DNA of 64,000 nt from Candidatus Woesearchaeota archaeon (GCA_016188265.1 JACPID010000007.1:15555-79554); one strand, 5' to 3'. Numbered from the stretch's first letter, positions 19,893 through 26,698 are shown. Notes: generated from the sequence alone by a model not told the origin. Translations and numbers: made by a program.

Positions 19893-21286
19893 GATTTTTT
19901 TATTTTATCAATAATTTCTGAAGTTGAACAACCTTCTACTAAAGGTATTATAACAACATTTCCACCATATGATCTAACAAATTCAGCGCCAACTGTTGTA
20001 GAAAAAGTATAATCACTGCCTTTAACAAGAACATCGGGTTTTATTTTTTTAATAATTTGTTCAGGGGTATCTTCTTCAAAAAATACTATTGCATCAACAC
20101 TAGATAGGTTTGAGAGAAGTTCAGCGCGTTCTTGTTGTTTGTATATTGGTCTTGAATTTCCTTTAAGTCTTTTAACAGACTCATCACTATTAACAGCAAG
20201 AACTAATAAGTCTCCTAATTCTTTTGCTTTTTGCAAAAGCCTTGTATGCCCTATATGAAGAAGGTCATAACAGCCATTTGTAAAAACTATTTTTTTCCCA
20301 GCTTGTTTTTGAATAGTTGTATACTCAATTAATTCTTCAAGCGACTTAATTTTTAGATTAATAGATTCTTGAAATGATAAAAGCAATTCATTTTGAGTTA
20401 CTGCTTCAGTACCTACTTTTCCAACTTTAATTCCTGCTGCATTATTAGCGATTCTTGCAGCAGTATAAAGATCTGCATTATTTGCTATTGCTAGCGCTAT
20501 TGCTGCCAGCGTAGTATCTCCTGCACCAGTCACATCATAGACATTTTTAACATTAGCTGAAATGTTAATAGATTGCAAGCCCATTGAAAAAATACTCATA
20601 CCTTTTCTTCCAAGTGTTATAATTATGTTTGAATTTGTTTTTTTTTGCAATTCTATCCCCATTTCTTCAATGGTTTGTTTTTGAGTGATTTTTTTTGCTT
20701 CTGAATAATTTGGTTTTATCAAGTAAACATCTTTGTAAAAACTTATATTTTCTGGTTTTGGATCAACAATGATCTTTTTATTCTCTTGTTTTAAAAAATC
20801 AACAAGGTTTTGTGTTATAGTTCCTTTGTTATAATCTGAAATAACAACTAAATCAAACCTTGACAAACGCGTTTTTAATATATCATAAAATGATGGAATT
20901 TCTTCATCATATCTTTCTTCATGATCAACTCTCAGCATGTGATGAGATTCGCTTATAATCCTCATTTTCGTAATTGTAGGATGAAGAGTGCTTAATAAAA
21001 TTGTATCAATTGATTTTTCTTTTAGAATGCTTCTTAAAATACCTGCTTGTTGATCAGAACCAACATATCCTGCTATAGTGCATGATCCTCCTAAAGCAGT
21101 AATGTTTGCAGCAACATTACCTGCACCTCCTAAAGCATATGATTCTCTCTCTAAATTAACTATTGGAACAGGAGCTTCAGGGCTTATTCTATTTGTTTTT
21201 CCCCACAAATAATGATCTAGCATAACATCTCCTATAACTAGAATGTTACTTTTAGAAAATGATTTAATTATAGATGAATAATCCAT
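19889..21286 (-). CDS. hldE: Bifunctional D-beta-D-heptose 7-phosphate kinase / heptose 1-phosphate adenylyltransferase
   Basis: Ribokinase-like domain I (ILVIGDVMLDHYLWG..ISPEAPVPIV, GAGD) plus cytidylyltransferase domain II (FTNGCYDLLHIGHTRLL). 465 aa. Confidence 0.85.
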   Translation of the reverse strand: MDYSSIIKSFSKSNILVIGDVMLDHYLWGKTNRISPEAPVPIVNLERESYALGGAGNVAANITALGGSCTIAGYVGSDQQAGILRSILKEKSIDTILLSTLHPTITKMRIISESHHMLRVDHEERYDEEIPSFYDILKTRLSRFDLVVISDYNKGTITQNLVDFLKQENKKIIVDPKPENISFYKDVYLIKPNYSEAKKITQKQTIEEMGIELQKKTNSNIIITLGRKGMSIFSMGLQSINISANVKNVYDVTGAGDTTLAAIALAIANNADLYTAARIANNAAGIKVGKVGTEAVTQNELLLSFQESINLKIKSLEELIEYTTIQKQAGKKIVFTNGCYDLLHIGHTRLLQKAKELGDLLVLAVNSDESVKRLKGNSRPIYKQQERAELLSNLSSVDAIVFFEEDTPEQIIKKIKPDVLVKGSDYTFSTTVGAEFVRSYGGNVVIIPLVEGCSTSEIIDKIKKS

Positions 21287-21378
21287 GATGTGATTAATTA
21301 ATAAATAGTTTTTAAAATGTTATGGATAGTAAGTCATGTAGGAGATTTTATTAATGTACAAAGATAAATTATGTATTT

Positions 21379-22056
21379 ATGAAACAACGCTTACAAAAAA
21401 TCCTTGCTCAAGCAGGTATTGCGAGTAGAAGAAAAAGTGAAGAGCTTATTGCTAAAGGCAGAGTAACTGTTAATGGATTAATAGCATCTCTCGGCCAGTC
21501 TGCTGATCCTGAAAAAGATATTATTAAAGTAAATGAAAGACAAATCACGTTAGAAAAAAAAGTTTATATCAAGCTGTATAAACCAGCAGGATTTGTAAGC
21601 ACTGTCGAAGAATCACACGGAATGCCAACAATTATGGATCTTGTTAAATCTTCTTACAAAATATTTCCAGTAGGCAGATTAGATAAAGATACTGAAGGCC
21701 TTATGTTGTTAACTAACGATGGAGAACTTGCAAATAAAATCATGCATCCGAGATACGGTATAGAAAAAGAGTACATTGTTCGCTTAAATAAAATATTTCA
21801 ACCAATTAAAAAAAAAGTAGTTGTTGAAGGCAAAGAAGTTAATGCAAAAATCAGCCCCAGAGAAAATCCTTATGAACTGCTAATAAAAATTAAAGAAGGA
21901 AGAAAACACATTGTCAAAAAATATTTTGAACAAATTGGTTATAAAGTTTGTTATTTGAAAAGAATAAGCATTGGCCCGCTTGTTTTATCAGGTGTTAAAA
22001 AAGGAACGTGGGGATATTTAACCAGTAAAGAAAAACAATTACTTCTTAAATTGTAA
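21379..22056 (+). CDS. Pseudouridine synthase, RsuA/RluB family (bacterial type) with S4 domain
   Basis: N-terminal S4 domain (RLQKILAQAGIASRRKSEELI) and catalytic GRLDKDTEGLMLLTNDG. Confidence 0.85.
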   Translation: MKQRLQKILAQAGIASRRKSEELIAKGRVTVNGLIASLGQSADPEKDIIKVNERQITLEKKVYIKLYKPAGFVSTVEESHGMPTIMDLVKSSYKIFPVGRLDKDTEGLMLLTNDGELANKIMHPRYGIEKEYIVRLNKIFQPIKKKVVVEGKEVNAKISPRENPYELLIKIKEGRKHIVKKYFEQIGYKVCYLKRISIGPLVLSGVKKGTWGYLTSKEKQLLLKL

Positions 22057-23397
22057 ATTAAGTTCATTCAATTGTTCTTTTTCAACATCAGATGGTGCGT
22101 CGAGCATTAAGTCTCTTGCATCTTTATTCTTTGGAAATGCGATTACTTCGCGAATACTTTCTTCTCCAGCTAATAAAGAAACAAATCTGTCCAGCCCGAT
22201 AGCCATTCCTCCATGCGGCGGAGTTCCATATCTAAATGCGTTAAGTAAGAAGCCGAATTTCTTCTGAGCTTCTTCTTTTGAAATACCTAGAACTTTGAAT
22301 ATTTTTTCTTGAAGATCTCTCTTATGAATTCTTATTGATCCTCCGCCCAACTCCCAACCATTTAATACAAGATCATAACTTCTTGCTCTTGCTTTTTCAG
22401 GATCTTTATCTAATAAATGAAGGTCTTCTTCTTTCGGCATAGTAAAAGGATGATGCATACAATAATATCTGCCTTCTTCTTTTTTATATTCTAAAAGAGG
22501 AAAGTCAACAACCCATAAAAAAGCAAATTCCTCTTTATTCTTTCTAAGATCAGGCTTATCTGTTTTATGCTTTTCCATTGCTTCTTTCCAGCTCATCCTT
22601 GGAAAAGGAATCTCAATATCTTTGTTCAATACTTCTTTAAGGACTTGCTTCATCATGCGCTCCATCAATGAAAATATATCTTCTTCTGTTAAATAACTCA
22701 TTTCAATATCAATTTGTGTAAATTCAGGTTGCCTGTCTGCTCGCAAATCCTCATCCCTAAAACATCTTGCAATCTGTACATATCTATCATAACCTGCAAC
22801 CATTAACAATTGTTTAAATAATTGTGGTGATTGCGGTAAAGCATAAAAGCGCCCTGGATTGACTCTAGAAGGCACAAGATAATCTCTAGCGCCTTCAGGT
22901 GTTGACTTACATAAGATTGGAGTTTCAATTTCTAAAAAATTTTGTTTGTCAAAAAAATCTCTTACTGCTTTTACAATTTTATGCCTCAGAACAAGATTTT
23001 TTTGTAAGTGTTTTCTTCTAAGCTCAAGATACCTGTATGTTAATCTTGTTTCCTCGCTTGATTCAATTCCAGTTAAATCTATTGGCAGTTGATCTGCTTC
23101 ATTTAATAATTCTAAAGATTTCACTTGAACTTCTATTTCCCCAGTTTCAAGATTTTTATTTGGCGCTGGCCTAACAGTAACAATGCCTGTTGCTTTTAAC
23201 ACACTTTCTTTTTTTACATCTTTTAATTTAGCACATAATTCTTTTTCAAGAAACAACTGAGTAATGCCATACCTATCTCTCAAATTAATAAATCCAAATT
23301 TACTCTGAATTCTAATATGATCCGCCCAACCACAAAGAGTTACAGTTAAATTCTCATGTTCTTTTCTAAGTTCTCCGCAAGTATGTGTACGAAGCAT
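22039..23397 (-). CDS. aspS: Aspartyl-tRNA synthetase, bacterial-type core lacking the GAD insertion domain
   Basis: MLRTHTCGELR, FYALPQSPQLFKQLLM, FRDEDLRADRQPEFTQIDIEMS, GGGSIRIH, GLDR. Only 452 aa: DKPDLRKNKEEFAFLWVVDFP joins directly where bacterial enzymes carry about 130 aa. Confidence 0.9.
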   Translation of the reverse strand: MLRTHTCGELRKEHENLTVTLCGWADHIRIQSKFGFINLRDRYGITQLFLEKELCAKLKDVKKESVLKATGIVTVRPAPNKNLETGEIEVQVKSLELLNEADQLPIDLTGIESSEETRLTYRYLELRRKHLQKNLVLRHKIVKAVRDFFDKQNFLEIETPILCKSTPEGARDYLVPSRVNPGRFYALPQSPQLFKQLLMVAGYDRYVQIARCFRDEDLRADRQPEFTQIDIEMSYLTEEDIFSLMERMMKQVLKEVLNKDIEIPFPRMSWKEAMEKHKTDKPDLRKNKEEFAFLWVVDFPLLEYKKEEGRYYCMHHPFTMPKEEDLHLLDKDPEKARARSYDLVLNGWELGGGSIRIHKRDLQEKIFKVLGISKEEAQKKFGFLLNAFRYGTPPHGGMAIGLDRFVSLLAGEESIREVIAFPKNKDARDLMLDAPSDVEKEQLNELNLQFKK

Positions 23398-23490
23398 GCA
23401 CGAAGAAAAAGTGGATGTATTTTTAAGCTTTTAGACCAAAATACTAATAAATAACGCACAATAACTGGATTATGAAATTTGCGACTATAT

Positions 23491-23564
23491 GGGCCTGTAG
23501 TCTAACCTGGACAGGACGTGTGGCTTCGGACCACAAGATCGGGGTTCAAATCCTCGCAGGCTCG
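23491..23564 (+). tRNA. tRNA-Arg (anticodon TCG)
   Basis: Hand-folded cloverleaf. Acceptor GGGCCTG/CAGGCTC, D stem GTCT/GGAC, anticodon stem TGTGG/CCACA with loop CTTCGGA, T arm CGGGG-TTCAAAT-CCTCG, discriminator G, no encoded CCA. Confidence 0.85.
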
Positions 23565-23637
23565 TAGTGAGCGAAGCGAACGGAGAGACTGAGAGGTAAG
23601 AAAATAGCAATTTTCTGCATCTCGCAGGCTCGTTTTT
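23565..23637 (+). other. tRNA-Arg trailer: 56-nt two-hairpin spacer, exact 12-nt copy of the tRNA 3' end, then a T5 run
   Basis: CTCGCAGGCTCG at 23553-23564 recurs at 23621-23632. Hairpin AGAAAAT-AGC-AATTTTCT lies at 23599-23616. TTTTT at 23633-23637 follows only the second copy. Confidence 0.6.
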
Positions 23638-23728
23638 CAATACTTGAACCATCTATACTAATAAAACTCAAATCAATAAGTTTAGGCTTTGAAGCAATAT
23701 CAACTGTTTGCTTAAAAGCAGACTTAAT

Positions 23729-24055
23729 TTACTGTTCTGTTAGTGCTTCTTTTTCTTGGAATCCTTCATTTATTATTTTATCGAACATTTCTAAGAGTAT
23801 TTGTACATCTGCATTTTGTAAGTTTAGTTTGAATAGTTTTGCATTGCCTATGTTTCTCGTGTGTATTACTATTTTTTCTTTGGTTAGTTGTGGCCATAAG
23901 CGGAAGAGTGTTACTCTGTCGATTCCTGAACCTTCAGCAATGTCTGTGAGCGAATGATCTAGTTCTCTTCCTTCTAATAGGTATTCGAGTACTCTGATTT
24001 TTGGGTTGTCTCCTAATAGTTTTCTGAATTTTGTAGGTTCGTCTTGAAAGCTCAT
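23729..24055 (-). CDS. Winged-helix DNA-binding protein
   Basis: NPKIRVLEYLLEGRELDHSLTDIAEGSGIDRVTLFRLWPQL fits a wHTH. ATG (MSFQDEP) preferred over the track GTG at 24076. Confidence 0.55.
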   Translation of the reverse strand: MSFQDEPTKFRKLLGDNPKIRVLEYLLEGRELDHSLTDIAEGSGIDRVTLFRLWPQLTKEKIVIHTRNIGNAKLFKLNLQNADVQILLEMFDKIINEGFQEKEALTEQ

Positions 24056-24165
24056 ACGATTAATAAAACACACCAAATATATAAATGTTTCTATTTTGCA
24101 ACCTTACTGTTGCTTTTAGTATACATCTAGAAAAGCATATAAAGAAATAAATTTTTCTGAATAAT

Positions 24166-24438
24166 ATGGCTGAATTTGATTTAATCAAAGTTAAAAACAT
24201 ACAACACAAAATGATTCGTATGCTTAAAAACAAAGGAAAATATGGAGGCGCGCATACTGAAACAATACATTTGAAAAACTGTGTTCCAAAACATTTACGT
24301 GGAGAGAAAATAGTTTTGTTTGCAATTGATGACCTGTTCAAAAAAGAGATTCTCATTAACAAAAAATCAACAGGAACAGATCATTGCAGTCTAAATCCAA
24401 GAAAGATCAAAGAAATAGAAGAAATTGAGCAAGATTAA
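24166..24438 (+). CDS. Hypothetical small protein
   Basis: 90-aa ORF divergent from the wHTH gene. No recognisable motif. Confidence 0.35.
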   Translation: MAEFDLIKVKNIQHKMIRMLKNKGKYGGAHTETIHLKNCVPKHLRGEKIVLFAIDDLFKKEILINKKSTGTDHCSLNPRKIKEIEEIEQD

Positions 24439-24609
24439 AATTCACCCACTTTGTATTTCTAAATAGACTGTCTTAAACCTTTTATAATCTTTCAAGTGCG
24501 ACAGTAAAAAACGAAATTATTGTCCTATTATTTATTTCGTTTTCTATTAGCTTGAATTAGGATTATTAAGTGATTACGAAAAATATTTATACCAGTATGC
24601 CTAATTGAC

Positions 24610-24717
24610 AGTGCTGCTTAGGTCGGCGGCATCTTAGGAGGTGATGAATGCTTCGGCGTTCGTTGCTTAGAATTCTTCGGAATTCACCTGAGCCTAGACG
24701 ATTTCAGCAACAACACC
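24610..24717 (+). ncRNA. Candidate structured small RNA (unknown family) with C/D-like k-turn elements
   Basis: Locally GC-rich island in AT-rich spacer. Two UUCG-capped hairpins (GAATGC-TTCG-GCGTTC 24646-24661; GAATTC-TTCG-GAATTC 24670-24685). GTGATGA at 24641-24647 and CTGA at 24688-24691 are flanked by TTAGG/CCTAG. TATA-like AAATATTTATA lies about 25 nt upstream and a T8 run lies at the 3' end. Confidence 0.3.
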
Positions 24718-24725
24718 TTTTTTTT
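24718..24725 (+). terminator. Oligo-T archaeal-type terminator after the candidate sRNA
   Basis: Uninterrupted T8 directly after the structured region. Confidence 0.4.
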
Positions 24726-24815
24726 ATTATTTTTTAATTTAGCATTTTTGCAACTGCAAAAATGCGCTTTATAACTACTATAAATTTAGTAGAGACTGTT
24801 TTTTTTTCAGCAAAA

Positions 24816-24824
24816 CTTTTAAAC
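24816..24824 (+). promoter_or_regulatory. TATA-like box upstream of tRNA-Pro
   Basis: CTTTTAAAC preceded by an A-rich BRE-like AAAA, centred about 32 nt before the tRNA 5' end. Confidence 0.35.
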
Positions 24825-24851
24825 TCATTAGGGGTTATACTTGCTACCTTT

Positions 24852-24926
24852 GGGGCTGTGGGGTAGCTTGGTCCATCCTTTCCGCCTTGGGAGCGGGAGA
24901 CCCCAGTTCAAATCTGGGCAGCCCCA
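24852..24926 (+). tRNA. tRNA-Pro (anticodon TGG)
   Basis: Acceptor GGGGCTG/CAGCCCC, anticodon stem TCCGC/GCGGG with loop CTTGGGA, T arm CCCAG-TTCAAAT-CTGGG, discriminator A. One extra nucleotide at the D/anticodon junction in my hand fold. Confidence 0.8.
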
Positions 24927-25011
24927 TTTTGTGGGCTCGAGTGAAGCGAGACCCACGCTTTCTTTACAAATCTTTTGCAAAGATTTGGTGGAAATCTGGG
25001 CAGCCCCATTT
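24927..25011 (+). other. tRNA-Pro trailer: 65-nt two-hairpin spacer plus exact 20-nt copy of the tRNA 3' end
   Basis: AAATCTGGGCAGCCCCATTT at 24910-24929 recurs at 24992-25011. Hairpins lie at 24931-24956 (GTGGGCTCG-AGTGAAG-CGAGACCCAC) and 24967-24987 (CAAATCTTT-TGC-AAAGATTTG). Confidence 0.6.
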
Positions 25012-25163
25012 GTTTGGTTAGTGGTTCTGGGTTTGAGGTTTGTGGTAATAAAGAATTAATTACCGGTGGTTTAGAAGGGCTTTCTAGGAGTAAGTTATAT
25101 GTAACAGAAAGTATGTTATGTATAACGGAAAAGTTTAAATATCTGTTAATTTTTCAATGAAGT

Positions 25164-25568
25164 ATGCCTTCAATAGAAGAACATACTGTTGCTGTAAGAG
25201 AGCTTGTAGACGATATAAATGAAAAAATACGCGCAGGACTTTTAGTAAAAAGACAAAAATTAGTTGGCTTTGCAGCTTCAGAAGCTTCTACTAATTTATT
25301 TGCTTTATTGCTTCATAAAAAAGACTTGATTTCAACTGGTTTTAATGTTAATCACAAATTTTTTGCTTCTATGAAACGGGCCAGAGAAAATTTTCCAAAA
25401 CCTTTTGAAAACAAAGAAAAAATTCTTGAACTACTTGTAAATCAAGAATTATTTAGAGATAAATTATGTTATGGCAAAGCAAAGAATAATAGCTTAGTGA
25501 ATGATGCTGTTAAAAATTTTTTTGAATTAAAACAAATGATTGAAACTCTATTGTGTGAAGAAATATGA
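25164..25568 (+). CDS. Hypothetical alpha-helical protein, upstream partner of the nucleotidyltransferase
   Basis: 134 aa, ATGA-coupled to the next gene. No Rx4-6H HEPN motif found. Confidence 0.5.
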   Translation: MPSIEEHTVAVRELVDDINEKIRAGLLVKRQKLVGFAASEASTNLFALLLHKKDLISTGFNVNHKFFASMKRARENFPKPFENKEKILELLVNQELFRDKLCYGKAKNNSLVNDAVKNFFELKQMIETLLCEEI

Positions 25569-26203
25569 AGCAATCAGAAATATTTGCTTACTTGTATGAT
25601 TTTATTTCAATGCTGATGGATAAAAAAGAATCAAAAGAATACATAGAAAACATAATTCTTTTTGGCTCTGTTGCAAGAGGAGATTTTGATAAAGAAAGCG
25701 ATATAGATTTATTCATAGAAATTAAAGATTTAAGCAATAAATTGATTGTTGAAAAAATTGTGCGAGAAACTATAGATAGATTTGAAGTGCATGCTGAAAA
25801 AACCTGGCGCTTGAGACTGATAGATTTGCCAATAAAACCAATTGTTGGTAAATTAAGTGAAGAGGTGTGGGAAGATCTTCATGATGAAATAAAAAAATAT
25901 GGAGTTAATTTGTATGGCAAATATTCTGCAACAATGCCGAATCTCAAGCATTATTCGTTAGTATCTTATTCTTTGAATAAACTAAAACAAAATAAAAAAG
26001 TGAATTTATTGAGAAAATTATTTGGTTATCGTATTAAGAAAAAAAATAAAATATATGAACAAAAAGGAATGTTATCTTCTCTTGAAGGAATTAAATTAAT
26101 GGCAAATCAAATACTCATTAAAGCAAATGATTTAAAAAAAATTGCAGATATATTTAAAAGTTTTAAAGTCACGTATACTGTACGAGATGTTTGGATCAAT
26201 TGA
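25565..26203 (+). CDS. Minimal nucleotidyltransferase (MNT/Pol-beta fold) with about 100-aa C-terminal extension
   Basis: FGSVARGDFDKESDIDLFIE (GS...DxD). The C-terminal part (YSLVSYSL...LLRKLFGY...VTYTVRDVWI) has a beta-alpha-beta-beta-alpha-beta pattern. Confidence 0.75.
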   Translation: MKQSEIFAYLYDFISMLMDKKESKEYIENIILFGSVARGDFDKESDIDLFIEIKDLSNKLIVEKIVRETIDRFEVHAEKTWRLRLIDLPIKPIVGKLSEEVWEDLHDEIKKYGVNLYGKYSATMPNLKHYSLVSYSLNKLKQNKKVNLLRKLFGYRIKKKNKIYEQKGMLSSLEGIKLMANQILIKANDLKKIADIFKSFKVTYTVRDVWIN

Positions 26204-26249
26204 AGAGATATAATGGTGAGGATCGCATCAAAGTTGTACTGGCAATACA

Positions 26250-26257
26250 TTTATAAA
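26250..26257 (+). promoter_or_regulatory. TATA box candidate for the L7Ae operon
   Basis: TTTATAAA about 27-34 nt upstream of the k-turn-like element. Confidence 0.35.
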
Positions 26258-26283
26258 GAAACTATATTTTCTTTGTCTTACTT

Positions 26284-26306
26284 ATGATGAAGCTCTTATG
26301 AGCTGA
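26284..26306 (+). promoter_or_regulatory. K-turn-like (box C/D-like) element in the L7Ae 5' leader
   Basis: ATGATGA (26284-26290), hairpin AGCTC-TTAT-GAGCT (26291-26304), CTGA (26303-26306). GA/GA flank the hairpin as in a k-turn. It lies 60 nt before the L7Ae ATG. Confidence 0.45.
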
Positions 26307-26366
26307 GTGAGATTTATTCTCACAAATATAATAAATATAATCAATAGTATTGGAGGAGGAAATCAT

Positions 26367-26696
26367 ATGGTAGATGTTACTGATAAAGCATTGGAAGCTG
26401 TTGAAGTTGCTCGTTCAACAGGCAAAATTCGTAAGGGCAGTAATGAAGTAACTAAAGCTCTTGAAAGAGGCAATGCTAAGCTTGTTGTTGTTGCAGGAGA
26501 TGTTTCTCCTCCTGAAGTTGTAATGCACTTGCCTTTGCTTGCTAAAGAAAAAAATGTTCCTTGCATAAAAGTGCCTAAAAGAGATGAGCTTGGCGCTGCT
26601 GCAGGACTTTCTGTTGCAACAGCTGCAGTTGTTATTGTTCAAGAAGGAGATGCAAAATCATTGATTAAAGAGCTTTCAGAAAGTAAAGGTGACTGA
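26367..26696 (+). CDS. rpl7ae: Ribosomal protein L7Ae (k-turn binding protein)
   Basis: GSNEVTKALERGNAKLVVVAGDVSPPEVVMHLPLLAKEKNVPCIKV. ATG at 26367 with GGAGGAGG 7 nt upstream. The track start 26307 is GTG inside the leader. Confidence 0.9.
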   Translation: MVDVTDKALEAVEVARSTGKIRKGSNEVTKALERGNAKLVVVAGDVSPPEVVMHLPLLAKEKNVPCIKVPKRDELGAAAGLSVATAAVVIVQEGDAKSLIKELSESKGD

Positions 26697-26698
26697 GT

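Noticed and set aside
23565-23600. Reading the tRNA-Arg spacer as a box C/D sRNA (GTGAGCGA ... CTGA with CTC/GAG stem)
   Set aside because: The box C match is poor. Only about 14 nt separate the boxes, and the homologous tRNA-Pro spacer has no CTGA. The shared motif is therefore probably not a C/D k-turn.
24060-24362. Track ORF 24060-24362 (-, 100 aa)
   Set aside because: It overlaps both the wHTH gene start and the 24166-24438 ORF on the opposite strand. Its low-complexity hydrophobic translation is typical of an antisense AT-rich frame.
24610-24717. 5S rRNA, SRP RNA or RNase P RNA identity for the GC-rich island
   Set aside because: It lacks the conserved 5S loop C/E sequences, the SRP domain IV motif and the RNase P P4 sequences, and its length does not fit. 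It is left as an unknown candidate.
24841-25160. Track ORFs 24841-25059 (72 aa) and 24975-25160 (61 aa)
   Set aside because: They run through tRNA-Pro, its trailer and the duplicated 3' end. Their Gly/Ser/Pro-rich translations simply reflect GC-rich RNA sequence.
23491-26203. Integrated mobile element bounded by the tRNA genes
   Set aside because: The duplicated tRNA 3' ends are only 56-65 nt from their parents and enclose no genes. No integrase, transposase or replication gene lies between or after the tRNAs. Only the scar/mini-element hypothesis is retained as a finding.
26363-26642. Antisense ORFs within the L7Ae gene (26363-26566, 26415-26642) and similar shadow ORFs
   Set aside because: These are shadow ORFs opposite well-supported conserved CDSs, with no independent signals. 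Other examples: 1394-1699, 14103-14303, 15629-15847, 31584-32258, 37159-37883, 42851-43273, 44107-44385, 45839-46293.
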